This document shows positions 27,946-42,245 of a DNA stretch of 64,000 bases, in pieces (position 1 is the stretch's first letter; each line of letters begins with the position of its first letter). Location of the stretch: NCBI GenBank assembly GCA_964016885.1, contig OZ024748.1, positions 50,282,001 to 50,346,000 of the forward strand, given 5' to 3'. This DNA comes from Eledone cirrhosa (Eukaryota). The notes under the pieces were generated by a model. The model saw only the letters and a program-made list of their open reading frames with translations, did not search any database and had not been told where the DNA came from. A program made the translations under genes and the position numbers.

Positions 27946-28023
27946 CTGGGTGTCCCTCAAAATATATACACACCTCAACAGCATTCTAATCAAAGCGTGT
28001 ATACATTTTGGAGAGACACCCAG
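27946..28023. mobile_element. Tc1/mariner-type mini-MITE (78 bp); partial copy at 27735-27797
   Basis: TIRs CTGGGTGTCCCTCAAAATATATACAC / GTGTATACATTTTGGAGAGACACCCAG followed by TA. Confidence 0.75.
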
Positions 28024-28087
28024 TATATATTTATATTTATATGTATGTATTCATGAATATGTATATATATGAATGTATGTATCAATG

Positions 28088-28137
<50 letters not shown>

Positions 28138-28665
28138 TGTATGCATGTAAGCTAGTATGTATGAATGTATGTATATGTATACAAGTATGTATACAAGTAT
28201 GTATGTGTGAATGTATGTATGAATGTATGTATGTATATGTATGCAAGTATGTATGTGTGAATGTATGTATGAATGTATGTATGAATGTATGTATATGCAT
28301 ACAAGTATGTATGTAAGCTAGTATGTGTGAATGTATGTATGAATGTATGTATATGTATACAAGTATGTATGTGTGAATGTATGTATGAATGTATGTATAT
28401 GTATGAATGTATGTATGTAAGCTAGTATATATGAATGTATGTATGTAAGCTAGTATGTATGTGTATGTGTGCTTGAGAGTGTCTATACGTGTGTGTGCAG
28501 CTGAGTGCAGCAGTGAGTGCATGTGTGATATTACATATAAACACTGCACTACTCATAATTCACGTCACCAATACTCTTTATGCAACAGAAGCGATGATGC
28601 AAAATTCTGAGGCGACACTTTGTGATACCTTTGTGATACCTCAGATTCTCTCTCTCTCTCTCTCC

Positions 28666-28759
<94 letters not shown>

Positions 28760-28851
28760 ACATATATGTATATATACATATATATGTGCTTGCGTGTGAG
28801 TCTGTCTATGCATACATACACACACATATACACACATATATATATATATAT

Positions 28852-29036
28852 AACGAAGGAAAAGCGGTAAGGAACCAGATCGACCATAACGCACCAAAGT
28901 ACTCAATACTTAGGGTAGTAGAGTGGGTAATAGGAACGAGTAGGACCCCGACGGCTGAGCTCAAGCCGTTTCGACGGCTAATTCTGGACTTAGCCGTCGA
29001 AACGGCTTGAGCTCAGCCGTCGGGGTCCTACTCGTT

Positions 29037-29040
<4 letters not shown>
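28852..29040 (-). mobile_element. Family B palindromic element
   Basis: Reverse tail followed by inverted arms taggaacgagtaggaccccgacggctgagctcaagccgtttcgacggctaa. (TA)n flanks. Confidence 0.9.
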
Positions 29041-29086
<46 letters not shown>

Positions 29087-29163
29087 TATATATGTATGTA
29101 TATCTATATATATATATGTACCTAGTATATGTATATCTATATATATATATGTACCCAGTTATA

Positions 29164-29212
<49 letters not shown>

Positions 29213-29295
29213 CCGTGTGTGTGTGTGTGTACTATTTATATGTACCTTTTATGTTGTGTGGTTTACCAATGAGTAGATCAGGTAATACCGTTTAG

Positions 29296-29338
<43 letters not shown>

Positions 29339-29349
29339 TATATATATAT

Positions 29350-29424
<75 letters not shown>

Positions 29425-29745
29425 CATATTTATGAATATATACTTATTATTGTGACTATTTTTATTATATTTCTGGTAAGAGGAACAACGAAGAGCAAAC
29501 ACGCCCCCCCCCCCCAACCCCCCCACTCCACCCCTCTCTCCTCCGCCTCCACTCCGGCTGCTGTCCATCACAGCACCTTCCTTTACAACTGTCGCGGCAT
29601 TTCTCGCACCCTCACACCTTTTTCATGCAATTCCTTAAAAGCACAGCAGTGACAGCCTACTTTCACTTTCGGTTTCTCTCTTTTCTTGTGTCTCCCTTTC
29701 TTTGTTCTTTACGCTGTTATTGTTTTTCCATCGCCACCATTATAG

Positions 29746-29789
<44 letters not shown>

Positions 29790-29849
29790 AAGTTCATCAC
29801 CATTGCTGCTGTTGTAATTATTTCGTTTTAAAATATTTGTTGTTGTAAT

Positions 29850-30266
29850 TGGTGGTGGTGGTAGTAGTGGTGGTGGGTGTGGTGGTGGTGGAGGTGGTGG
29901 TGGTGCTGGTGGTAGTGGTGGTAGTAGTGGTGGTGGTGGTGGTGGTGGTGGTGGTGGAGGTGGTGGTGGTGGTGGTAGTGGTGGTGGTGGCTGTGGTGGT
30001 GGTGGTGGTGGTGGTTTTGGTGGTGGTAGTAGTGGTGGTGGTGGTGGAGGTGGTGGTGGTGGTGGTAGTGGAGGTGGTGGCTGTGGTGGTGGTGGTGGTG
30101 GTAGTGGTGGTGGTGGTGGTGGTGGTGGTGGTGGTAGTGGTGGTGGTGGTGGTGGTGGCAGTGGTGGTGGTAGTAGTGGTGGTGGTGGTGGTGGTGGTGG
30201 TGGTGGCTGCGGTGGTGGTGGTGGTGGTGGTAGTGGTGGAGGTGGTGGTGCTGCTTGTAGTGGTGG

Positions 30267-30297
<31 letters not shown>

Positions 30298-30305
30298 GCT
30301 GGTGG
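29850..30305. repeat. (GTG)n tract
   Basis: Directly visible. Confidence 0.95.
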
Positions 30306-30919
30306 TCGTTCTTTGTGGTAGCGACAGTGTGGTGTTTGTTGCTGTTGTTATTGTTGTCTTATATTGTTTGTTATTGTTGCAAAAGTTGTTGCTGTTGAAA
30401 ATGCAGGTTTTATTATTGCTTTCATCGGAGTCGTCCTTGTCGTTGTTGTTGTCGTCGTTGTTGTTGTTGTTGATTATTGTTGTTATACTTATTAAGTATT
30501 TGAAAAAATATATTTTTTGTATCTGTAGCTGTTGTTGTTGTTCTCGTTTCCGACCTCTTTAACATTATACGTATTGTTGTAGTAGTTGTTATTTTATGGT
30601 CAACGTTTTTGAGTGTATACTTGTTTATAGTAGTACATTTTTTTATTTTTTATTAATGAATATATTGTTGTTGAAGTTGATAGTGCTATAGATACTGATG
30701 TTGATTTAATCATTTCATACCAAACCTCTCAATTGATACTTGGCATCTTTTAGTCCTAGGCACCCGAGATCTAGTCACCTACATTCCCACTTTCATCTAA
30801 CCCACAACTTGGCTCTCACGCCCCTAAAAAGAAAAAAAAACATTCTTCGTTACTTTTTCTTACTTGATTCTTTCTCACCATCTTTACCAATCTCCCTTCT
30901 CTCTCTTTCTCTCTCTCTC

Positions 30920-31030
<111 letters not shown>

Positions 31031-31389
31031 ACTTTTTGCTACAATATTTTCTATCTTCTATACCTTTCATTTATATATTCATATATATATATATATATAT
31101 ATAACGTTAAACTAATATTTCTTCTCTGGTACTGTATCGTTTGCTTTGTTATTTCTGTTTACTTTTTACACACACACGCGCACACAAACATACACACACA
31201 CACTCTCTCTCTCTCACCCGCACACATATAAATATATATATATATGGATATATATTCCTCCTCTCTAACTCATTTAATCCCTTTCTCGGTATATCTCTAT
31301 TTTCACACGTTTTCAATCATGTCCATCTTTGTATTTACTTACGAGACATACTACTACAACAATAGATGGGAATCTGATGAGCATGATGG

Positions 31390-31645
31390 CTGAATATGCT
31401 AGAAATAGCAGCGAAATTCCTTCCAAGTACACCATATCGCCTTATATGTACATGTGGAATGGGGCACCGGGCTTAACAGAAATAGGAAAATGACGGGCTG
31501 ATTGCGGATTAAATCGAAGATATACTAGATCTAAGATATATTGAATTCCAAGATATACTAGGTCTAAAAGTATGAGCCGATTATCCCAACTAGGAGGTTT
31601 GTGACCATAGGTCAGCTTCGTTGAGTCTTACATGTGGCTAAATAA

Positions 31646-31650
<5 letters not shown>
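31390..31650 (+). mobile_element. SINE-like repeat S2 (gctagaaatagc...ataggt...taaaca)
   Basis: Motifs recur at 21728, 32741, 33675, 37095 and, more diverged, near 40955. Confidence 0.6.
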
Positions 31651-31680
<30 letters not shown>

Positions 31681-31704
31681 CACACACACACGCACACACA
31701 CACA

Positions 31705-31765
<61 letters not shown>

Positions 31766-31867
31766 GCACGCACATTTTCTACTGCCTAGATTCATGTCTA
31801 TTTGATATATATATATAAATATATTTATATATATGTATGTTTAAATATGTATGTATATATAGATATG

Positions 31868-31899
<32 letters not shown>

Positions 31900-31970
31900 A
31901 CGTATATATATATGTATATATATATAAGTATGTATAAATTTATGTATATATATTTATATATGTATATATG

Positions 31971-32169
31971 TAGGAAAAAGTATGACCCTGACGGCAGAGC
32001 TCAAGCCGTTACGACGGCTATTTCTGGACTAGAGTCCAGAAATAGCCGTCAAAACGGCTTGAGCTCTGTCGTTGGGGGTCATACTTCTTCCTATTACCCA
32101 CTCTACTACCCTAAGTATTGAGTACTCTGGTGCGTTATGGTCCATCTGGTTCCTTACCACATTTCCATC

Positions 32170-32172
<3 letters not shown>
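31971..32172 (+). mobile_element. Family B palindromic element
   Basis: Arms centred on tctggactagagtccaga; full tail ending catttccatcgtt(TA)n. Confidence 0.9.
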
Positions 32173-32211
<39 letters not shown>

Positions 32212-32212
<1 letters not shown>

Positions 32213-32390
32213 GTTATTCCGGGTTGAATCGGAGGTAACCACAGTAAGTAAGGTACTCAATACATAGCAGAGTATAAAAGTTTTAATATAGATGAGATTC
32301 TACAGGACTAGAACTGTTTCATTCATTAGAAATCATCAGGATGATTTCTAATGAATGAAACAGTTCTAGTCCTGTAGAATCTCATCTATA
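32212..32390 (-). mobile_element. Family A element with inverted partial arm
   Basis: Full reverse tail and HHR core on the minus strand (stem I 5' strand lost). Both arms carry the loop II variant taat. Confidence 0.9.
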
Positions 32391-32487
32391 TATATATGAT
32401 CATTCAACAACACCTACTATTACTACCACTACTACTACCACCACCACCACTACTACTACTACTACTACTGCTACTACTACTACTACT

Positions 32488-32546
<59 letters not shown>

Positions 32547-32699
32547 AGTACTTTAGTGGTACTTCATTTTATAAACCCCTGATAGGAAGATATTATCCTA
32601 CCCTTCCATCTATTTGGATTCCTATTCTCCCCCCCCCCCATCATATATTACTAATTATCTAACACAACCATACTACCCCCCCCCCCGCCGCCACCTTTG

Positions 32700-32860
32700 C
32701 TCCGGACTAAAGTGTGGGTCTCACTGTGGTCACTTCGCCCGCTAGAAATAGCAGTAAATGTCACTTTAGATGTTATAGGTGTTAAATAGTCCAAATATAG
32801 ATGGGGTGATCACCATTGGAATGTCTCTATAAGAGTTGACCTAGGATTAAACAACACCAA
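32700..32860 (+). mobile_element. SINE-like repeat S2
   Basis: gtggtcacttcgcccgctagaaatagcagtaaat...gacctaggattaaacaac. Confidence 0.55.
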
Positions 32861-32864
32861 CAAC

Positions 32865-32944
32865 AACTACAACTACTACTACTACTAGTACTACTACTAC
32901 TACTAGTACTACTACTACTACTATTACTACTGCTATTGCTGCTA

Positions 32945-32985
<41 letters not shown>

Positions 32986-33010
32986 GATGATATTGCTGCT
33001 GCTGCTGCTG

Positions 33011-33092
<82 letters not shown>

Positions 33093-33199
33093 ATCTACTA
33101 CTACTATTACTACCACTATTACTACTACTATTACTACCACTATTACTACTACTACTGCTGCTGCTACTACTACTACTACAACTGCTACTGCTACTGCTG

Positions 33200-33234
<35 letters not shown>

Positions 33235-33266
33235 GCTGCTACTGCTGCTGCTGCTACTACTACTAT

Positions 33267-33325
<59 letters not shown>
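32865..33325. repeat. (CTA/CTG)n tract
   Basis: Directly visible. Confidence 0.95.
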
Positions 33326-33327
<2 letters not shown>

Positions 33328-33654
33328 TACGTCCTCCCACCAAGCACGCGCAACAACTGTCGTTGATTGCGTCTTTATTTCCTTTCTTCTTCACTGATGT
33401 AATCTCCCCTTCACACTCCCCATCCTTCTCCTCTTCCTCCTGTTACTCATACTACTTTCACTACTCCCTCCTTACATCTATCCCCCCTCTCTGACTATCA
33501 ATAGTACCATCTCTTCACTTCATTCCATATTAAACTGAACCTCATCCTATTCCTCTTTCTCACCCTCCTTCTTCACTCCACTCCTTCTCAAATTTATGCT
33601 CCCCTCTCCTCTCGCTTCTTTTTCTTTTTCTTTTTATCCTCATTCTGAAACAGC

Positions 33655-33920
33655 CAGCGATGCCCGCTCAACCTGCTAGAAATAGCAACGAAGTATCCCT
33701 CACAAATCACACCTCTTGATAATGGAAGTACACCTTTGATAAGGTGATGTTCACGACTGGATTGTCTGCACAGTCAGGATTGACTGGGGCTCAATAAATG
33801 GATGATATATTGGATAATGTAGCCGGAGAAATCTGTTTGAATAAAAGACGGATGGTCACATCTGGAAACACTTTAATCACAAGCATGTTCGATTAGTGTT
33901 GACTTCAGTCTAATCAACAG
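33655..33920 (+). mobile_element. SINE-like repeat S2
   Basis: ctgctagaaatagcaacgaagtatccctcacaaatcacacc...ttggataatgtag...ggatggtcac. Confidence 0.6.
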
Positions 33921-34744
33921 ACACCAATAACGGTAACCAGGTCTGTATTATCCATAAGGCTGACTAGACTGAAGTGTATGAACCCCAATAGGAACTAGCA
34001 ACGTCGTAGGTTCTAGTGATCTTGTAAGGACTTGTGACCTCGTAGGAACTAGAGATCCCATCGCCACTTGGGGGCCCATCAAATATGATTATAACTATTA
34101 TTAATTTGCTGAAGCAATGTTACCTGGAATGTAGGGTTTTAATGATTAGAATACCTGAAACCGTCAAGGTGTGGCCATGGGTTATTGCCACCCCAGACTA
34201 TAAGATCAATGGAAACCAAAAAGAACAACCTCAACATGTAACTGAAATGCTGGATAATTTAGGCCTAGGTTTTTTGCACATAGTAAAACGGACAAAAAAG
34301 ACGATTGGTTAAAGCTGGGATAGCTTTGATTACAAATTCTGCTCGTTGACAGATGGACTTAAGCTAAAGAATAACAATAACAACGAACTGAAAGACACAC
34401 GTCTCCTATTTTCCATGATCATCTCAAGAGTGAAACTCCTTATTCAACTAGAAACACCATCCCAAGGACATTCCTACCTTTAGGAGGATTAATCTTACAT
34501 TGGAGCCTCAGCCTAAATATTTCATCGGGGGCCCTTATATATTATTAACAGTAACAAAAAAATACATAATTTTGATCCTTTTAAATATTTAGGATTACCT
34601 GGGCAATTCCAGTCTACACTGCCATCTACCAGTCACGTACTGAGGTATTTGGGAGTCGGTTAGATTAAAACCACCAATGCATCTTTGCAGCAAAATAAGT
34701 GACACATTTTTTCTAGAAATCATTATTATTCATGCTGTGGTTAA

Positions 34745-35150
34745 TGAGAGTTGGGTTGGCAGAATTGTTAGAGCGTCGGATAAAATACTACACAGCATTT
34801 CTTCCACACCTTTAAGTACTGAGTTCAAATTCCATCGGGGTCAGCTTTGTATTTTATCCTCCCAGTGTCGATAAAATGAAGTACCCGAAAAGTATTGGTG
34901 ACGATTTAATCAACATTCACCCCACAAAATTACTGGTCTTGTGCCAAAATTAGAAATTATTATTATTAGAAAGCGATGCTTTGGCAGAATCGTTAGAGCG
35001 TCGGACAAAATGCTTCGTGACATTTCGGTAGACTCTTAACTTACTGGGTTCAAATCTCGCCAAGGTCAGCTTTACATTTCGGAGTCGACAAAATGAAGTA
35101 CCTATAATGGACTCAGGTAGATTTAATCAATCTTTCCTTCCACTAAAATT
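34745..35150 (+). mobile_element. Two adjacent SINE S1 copies
   Basis: Each shows tggcagaat.gttagagcgtcgga.aaaat (A box-like), gttcaaat (B box-like) and gtcga.aaaatgaagtacc. The first ends cttgtgccaaaattagaaattattatt. Confidence 0.75.
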
Positions 35151-37029
35151 AATGAAATATTATAAATTAAATAAATATTATAAAGCCGGTAGTTCAGCTA
35201 AAATCGTGGTAAATTAATTCCCTTCAGGTACAGGGTTCGAATTCCTAGGAGATCATTTATGTTTTTATCGGAAGACACCAGTGTAATAACCGGAGGTGTT
35301 ATAACTGAGTAGCCTCCCACCACAACCTTCTCTCAAACACAAATCCTTCCTCATCCTACAGCTCCTGCTTTTCTCTTACTTTCACCCATATCGCTTCACA
35401 TGAAGTTTTTATCAACTCATCCTTTTGTCTTTTCTTCTTCTTCTTCTTCTTCTTCTTCTTCTTCTTCTTCTTCTTCTTCTTCTTCTTCTTCTTCGTCTCA
35501 CCCCCTCTACCTTCCCCTCCTCCTTCTCCCTCACAATTATACTCTCCTCCTCTATTTGTACCTTAATCGCCAGGGTACCCCGTACCTACTAAACTAGATA
35601 TATATATCTATTGAATTCATTAGTTAGCTCCACCCTTTATCAATAACCGCCAGCCATACTTTCTCTCTTTCGTTTTTCATTTAATTATAAATACCACCTT
35701 TTCGATCATGTTCCCCACCGTCGACATCTCTCTCTCTCTCTCTCTCTCTCCCTCTCTCTCACTCACTCTGTCACTCTCTTCCCCTCTCTCATATTTTCTC
35801 ATCTTCCACCTCACTCTATCTACCCACTCTTATATTTCTTTCTGCCCCTCTTCTCTTTCACTATCATAATCTCCCTTTTCGTCTCCTTCCTCAATATTTT
35901 ATATCATTTCTCTCACTTCACCTCACCTTTATCTCTTACTCTCTCATTTCTAATTGTAGGATTGCTCTCTTCCTTCTACTCCACCCCCTCCACCACTCTC
36001 GCTCTTCCATTCTTAGATATTTAATCACTATCTATCTTTCATCCTCGCTAACTCTCATAATACCCCCCTCTCTCTCTCTCTCTCTCTCTTTATATATATA
36101 TATATATTTAGTAGTAGTAGTAATATTATCTCTCCTTCACTGACATTCCTATATCATCTTTAATAACCACCCCACCCCAGCCGTCACCTACACGTTCTAA
36201 CCCCTTCGAGCACTTTCTTTTTTTTCTTCTTCTTCTTCTTCTTCTTCTTCTTCTTCTTCTTCTTCTTCTTCTTCATTATCACCACCACCACCACCACCAC
36301 CATCATCACCACCACCATCATCACCATCTACTCTGTCATCAACCTCCCCGGATGGGAAGGGCTAGTGATTTCATAGTCACTGTTGCTCCTCCTATTTTTA
36401 ATTAATTAATACACCATTATAATCACCATGTTATTATTCTCGCCTTTCTCACTCTTTCTTTATACCTCCCGCTCTTTCACTAATCCCCTGCCCCCCTCTC
36501 TCTCACACACACACACGCATACAACACCTCTTTCATTCTCACTCACATATACACCAACTGATTTTCTTCTTTTTCCCCCGCTCTCTCTCTCTCTCTCTCT
36601 TTCTCTCTTTCTCTCACACACACATATCTCTTTCTTTCTATCTCCCTCTCACACATACACCCACTGGCTTTCTCCCTCTCCTCTCTCCCTCACACACACA
36701 CACACACACACTCTCTCTCTCTCTCTCTTCCCCTCCTCACTATTTCACTCTCTCGCTGGTATTCCTACTTCTCTCATTTTTCCACTCTATCTCTTTGATC
36801 TTTAATTTTCTCTCTGTCTTCAAACAACAACAACAACGACAGCATCAAGAAAACCTTTCTCCCACTAGCTAGCTTCCTCCCTCCCTCCCTCACTCCTTCT
36901 CCCCCTCCTCTCTCATTCTCTCTCTCTCTCACTCTCACTCTCTCTCTCTCTCCCCCCTCTCTCTCTCTCTCTAGCTGTCTATCTACCTATGCATTCACGT
37001 ATCTCTATATCTTTCGGACCGACTGTCTT

Positions 37030-37245
37030 TGCGGCTGTATTACGTATCAGTATTACAGGCTAACGAAGAAGCCGTTACGTGGTCACTCGAGTTGCTAGAA
37101 ATAGCAGTAAAATCTGCGTCATAAAATGGAAGAGTATATGAAAATGAGGTCCCAAATATAGAAAATTTCGCGGGGGTCAGGTCTAGATAGCCCCTTGACC
37201 ATAGGTTTGCTCGATCAGACCTCACCTGGGGGTAAACAACAAAAA
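37030..37245 (+). mobile_element. SINE-like repeat S2
   Basis: cgtggtcactcgagttgctagaaatagcag...gaccataggtttgctcgatcagacctcacctgggggtaaacaac. Confidence 0.6.
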
Positions 37246-37456
37246 CTACCTTTAAAACATTATATTTTATCAACATTTTCTCCTCACTTTTATGCAATAT
37301 TCTCTCTACCACTATACATACACACATACATACACACATACATACACATATGCAAACACATACATGCATACATACATACACACACAAGCGCTCTCAAGCA
37401 CATACACATCTTTACCAGTTCAATTTTCTCACGCTATATCTATCTCTCTATCTCTC

Positions 37457-37501
<45 letters not shown>

Positions 37502-37558
37502 GCGTGTGTGTGTGTTTATCGATCTGTCTCTATCTGTCTATGTATCTGTCTGTCTGTC

Positions 37559-37647
<89 letters not shown>

Positions 37648-37804
37648 ATGTGTGTATATATATATATATATACACACACATATACATACATATATACATA
37701 TACCTAGCAACCAGTCTATCTGTCTATCTTTCTATCTGTCTACTTGTCTGTATAACTACCTACCTATCTAACTAGTTATCTACCTTATTTACCTAAGTGA
37801 CTGT

Positions 37805-38030
37805 GAAGGCGCGTAGCTAGGGTTCCAATCCAATGAGGTGGCAAACATTAATTGTACCTGTAATTCGAAGGGGACAGCTTTGTCACATTCTATGTAAAGC
37901 TGAATCTCTCTAAGAACTATGTTTAGTGTTGATAGAATGCTCAGCCATTTGCAAGTTAATTTCACAAGCAGGTTGTACAGTTAACAGTATCAATTGGAAC
38001 ACTCATCGTTGTATCCGACGGAGTGCCAGT
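37805..38030 (+). mobile_element. SINE-like repeat S4 (second diverged copy at ~57290-57500)
   Basis: gaaggcgcgtagct head; gggacagc...cacattc...gctgaatctc.ct.ag shared with 57385-57435. Confidence 0.5.
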
Positions 38031-38073
38031 GTTTTAGCAAACTATCTATCTTCTTACTTATCTATACACCTCG

Positions 38074-38199
<126 letters not shown>

Positions 38200-38217
38200 A
38201 ACGAACTAACTATCTAT

Positions 38218-38590
38218 CTTCAAATATCATTCATTTTGGAAGAAGAATCAGGATGGAGAGAGAGGTGCTGTACCCCAGCAAATTTTATAAAAGGTGGGTG
38301 AATGTGGCAAGAATGGCTCGAGTGGTTGGGCCTTCTCTCTATATAAGCCTGTAGGTTGAGGAAAAAGAGGAAGAGAGGAAGGGAGTACTCACTCTTGGTG
38401 CTCCTGGAGATGAGGGTTGTACATTTTTTCGGGGTGTGTACAACCCCTGTGTAACACCGCCCCCCTATTGGGGATTTGAATTGTTATTTGTTGTTTTATT
38501 AATAGTTTTATTTTCATATACCTGTATGTAAACTCCCCATTTGTATTTGTCCCCTTCTTTTGTGCCCTTGTGGCTAATAAAGAAATGTAT
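38218..38590 (+). mobile_element. Tx1/L1-like LINE 3' end (unexpanded copy)
   Basis: Homologous to 17214-20520 but with one 27-bp unit (38249-38275). Ends gtggctAATAAAgaaat + (TATC)n. Confidence 0.85.
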
Positions 38591-38612
38591 CTATCTATCA
38601 ATTTATCTCTCC

Positions 38613-38656
<44 letters not shown>

Positions 38657-38959
38657 ATTATATCTATCTATCTATCTATCAATAAAGAAAGATATCTATC
38701 TATCTATCACACTCTTTATCCCATCTTCTTAGTATTGCTTCCATTTTCTTCCAGTTCGTTGACCCCCTCCCGCCCCCCCCCCCACAGAAACACACACACA
38801 CACATATACACACACAAACACTTAATGAAACTTTCCTCGTTTTTTCTCTATCCCATTCTGTTTAGTTCAAACCTCCCATTCTCTCATGCTCTTTCTCTCT
38901 ATCATCTCTAGTCTTGCACGAATTTCTTTTTGAATTACATTGTCTATTATTACCTGAGT

Positions 38960-39070
38960 GGAAGTGGAATTGGTCAAGCAGGTAGAGTGTCGGACAGAAT
39001 GCTTTCTGGTATACATTCCTGCTAGCTGAGTTCAAATCCTGCCTAAGTCAATATTACCTTTCACTTCTTT
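38960..39070 (+). mobile_element. SINE S1 head, diverged
   Basis: ggtagagtgtcggacagaatgct...ctgagttcaaatcctgcctaagtcaa. Confidence 0.55.
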
Positions 39071-39871
39071 CTCACTTCTTTCTATAATTTTGTAGCAGTC
39101 CTGGATATCCAATGCCAGCAAAAATGAATAAATAAATAAAATAAAATGAAAACACTTCTTGTTCAGATTAATGTCTTTCGGTCAACCTGAACAAATCTTT
39201 GACTACAAAACTAACAATGTATTTATAATAGCAGACATGCCGCCATACATGCAGACCTTTACAAGTACACCTGCTGCCCGCATAAAGGTTTTTGTAGTGA
39301 GTGCGAGCATGTTTTATCTTCGTAATATAAAATATAAAGAATTAGTTGTCGTGTGTGGCCCTCACACAACACATATGTGACTCAGGTGGCCCTCAGGGAG
39401 AACCTCAGTTTGACATGACTGCTCAACACAATATAATAAAATGCAAGTAAATCTATTCCATATGCCGCCACCATAAATGAAAGTTAATGGTCAGGCCACC
39501 CCGTATTCCCGGACGACAGGATCGAGAAGACATTGCCACAGAGTATGGCAAAGGTGACACGCTGGATCAGTCACTCCACCTCGCGGAGCTTGTACTTTCT
39601 GGTAGCCAAGTCCGTTCCATTAGCATTGAGTAGGGATGTGGTCCTGTGGCCAAGGACGCTAGAAGTCATGTCTCCATTACCACAAACTCGTAACAGCACC
39701 ATCAGCAGCTAACAAAGTCTATATTGACTGGTTTAATACAAAGGCTATATATTCAACGAGCGAATCAAATATATATATATATATATAGAAGTATTTAAAT
39801 GGATACAGTTTAGTTAAAAGGAATTTATTGACACGTGTTTCAATAACAGTTACATAACCTGAAAACAGCTG

Positions 39872-39922
<51 letters not shown>

Positions 39923-39941
39923 AATATGAATAAATAAATAT

Positions 39942-39988
<47 letters not shown>

Positions 39989-39991
<3 letters not shown>

Positions 39992-40511
39992 TAAGAGTTC
40001 ACTTTTCGCGGTCCCGCTACATCGCGTATTTTTCTTTGGAACGTATTTATTTCCTTGTCGTGGTACGTACGTCTGAATAAAAAGTGGTTAAAGTGCTTAT
40101 AATTTAAACTTATCAAATAAGTTTCGATGTGTTTGAAGAGTATAGCGTAAGTATAAGGCTTTAACTATAAAAAAATGTTTTTATTTTTCATTCCATTACT
40201 GTTTTACTGATTCTGTTTTTCTCTAATCTACTACAAACCCATCATAGATTGCTTGGAGATGTGCAGTGTATTACCAAACGACTAACGTGACTGGTAATCG
40301 TCGTCATTGGTAACTAGTGGTATAATGGTTGGTGATAGCTTCTATACGATTGTTACTGGCTGCTTTTAGTGTTTAAATACAAAAGTGTGTTTTAATGAGT
40401 TTATATGTCTAGAAGATGTATTTTAAGGCTTATGGTTTCTCTATATCGCGGATTTTCATTTATCGTGATTGGTTCTGGAACGTATCCCCCGCGATAAACG
40501 GGGGATTACTG
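39989..40511. mobile_element. Tigger/pogo-like non-autonomous DNA transposon
   Basis: TA|CAGTAA...TTACTG|TA termini with imperfect TIRs (ttttcgcgg / ccgcgataaa) and cgcg-rich subterminal motifs. Confidence 0.65.
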
Positions 40512-40949
40512 TATATATATATATAATGCAACATTTATATATGGAACTACATATACAGGGACCACTTGTTTCAGTATGAATGTGTATGTGTGTATATATT
40601 ACTGTATTCAGTTGTATATTCATTAAAAATCTGACATAATTACTGTACAAAGTGTTTAGAAATAATTAAATTGTAAGGATTAGTATGAAATTAGAGAAAG
40701 AGAGATGGTATGTGAGAGAAAGAGAGATGGAATGTGAGAGAAAGAGAGGGCGAAGAGATGAGAGCCCTTGACTAGAATTTGTATGTTAAGCTCTAGGTTA
40801 AGTCTTTATAAACCCACTCAAGTACTTAATTGATATATAAACATACATTTCTAATTTCCTTTCGTAGAGAATATTAGTTGGCTTCCAGTCGTCACTATAC
40901 CTAAAGCAACAAGCTTGAGAAAATGACGGAGTATCTACAGTGTTATTTG

Positions 40950-41360
40950 ACTTGCTGGGAATAACAGCCATATTTTTCAATCTTAAAAATATAAAAATAC
41001 ATTGGATAAGAAAGTCGATAATATATCATATTTGAAAATAAGATAGGGTCGTCAAGTTGAAATTCCTTTGCTCATATGACCCTAGGACCATGCCTGACTA
41101 GAAGGTAAACAATAACAACAACAATAATCACAACAACAATATCACTACAAAGAAGTATTTTCCTGGACGGATGAGATGTTTATAAATAACAGAAAAAAAA
41201 AATGTCCTCATATCATACCTAATCTTTTTTAATAAAGAGAAGGTCAGGTTTAATAACGTAACCCTACATAGACAATATTTGAATAAAAATATCGAATGGT
41301 CTCTGCTGGAATATCTTTGGTCATAGGTCTGATCGATCATATTTAACCTGGAGCAAAACA
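40950..41360 (+). mobile_element. Diverged S2 copies
   Basis: cttgctgggaataacagcc...acattggataa...; ctggaatatctttggtcataggtctgatcgatca...acctggagcaaaaca. Confidence 0.5.
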
Positions 41361-41540
41361 TCTCTTGAAAGAAATCAACTGATGCTAATGTTGGTCAAAA
41401 GATTTGATTGCCTCCTTTTAGGATTTCATATATATGGTGTTTAATTATATATAACTGTCATATGTCATGTATATATATTAGTCTCTAGATACCCACCGGA
41501 AACGCATATATTTTTCCTCCATCAAAAACACACACGCGTG

Positions 41541-41592
<52 letters not shown>

Positions 41593-41626
41593 ATATATAG
41601 TAATAATAATATATTTGAAGACTAAG

Positions 41627-41694
<68 letters not shown>

Positions 41695-41997
41695 GGTGTG
41701 TGTGTGTGTGTGTGTGCGTGTGTTTATTAGAATCACCGCCATCGTCGATTGTAAGTCGTCTTTTCCATGTTGACATGGGTGGGGCAGGAATTTTGAAGTA
41801 ATGTTTCACAGCCAAATGACCTACCTGACACTAACCCTTTAACCCTTTTAGTCACGTTTTACGACACCGTATGATACGGTGTACATATTCTTAACTGAAT
41901 ATCATCCGTGTAGGTTGTTTACACTTTATTTTATGAATAGAAAATGACAGTGACTTCGAAGTTTCAGAAACTTTATATATATATATATATATATATA

Positions 41998-42200
41998 TTT
42001 TAATATAGATGAGATTCTACATGACTAGAACTGTTTCATTCTTTAGAAATCATCAGGAATCTGGCCAGATTCCTGATGATTTCTAAAGAATGAAACAGTT
42101 CTAGTCATGTAGAATCTCATCTATATTAAAACTTTTATACTCTGCTATGTATTGAGTACCTTACTTACTGTGGTTACCTCCGATTCAACCCGGAATAACG
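41998..42200 (+). mobile_element. Family A element: 134-bp perfect palindrome (41998-42131) plus tail
   Basis: Centre is tctggccaga. HHR motifs lie at 42012-42062 (-) and 42067-42117 (+). Tail ends cccggaataacg(TA)n. Confidence 0.92.

Positions 42201-42243
<43 letters not shown>

Positions 42244-42245
<2 letters not shown>

Noticed and set aside
39095-39421. hAT-type MITE
   Set aside because: The right end (tttgacatgactg) is suggestive, but a matching left TIR and 8-bp TSD were not established.
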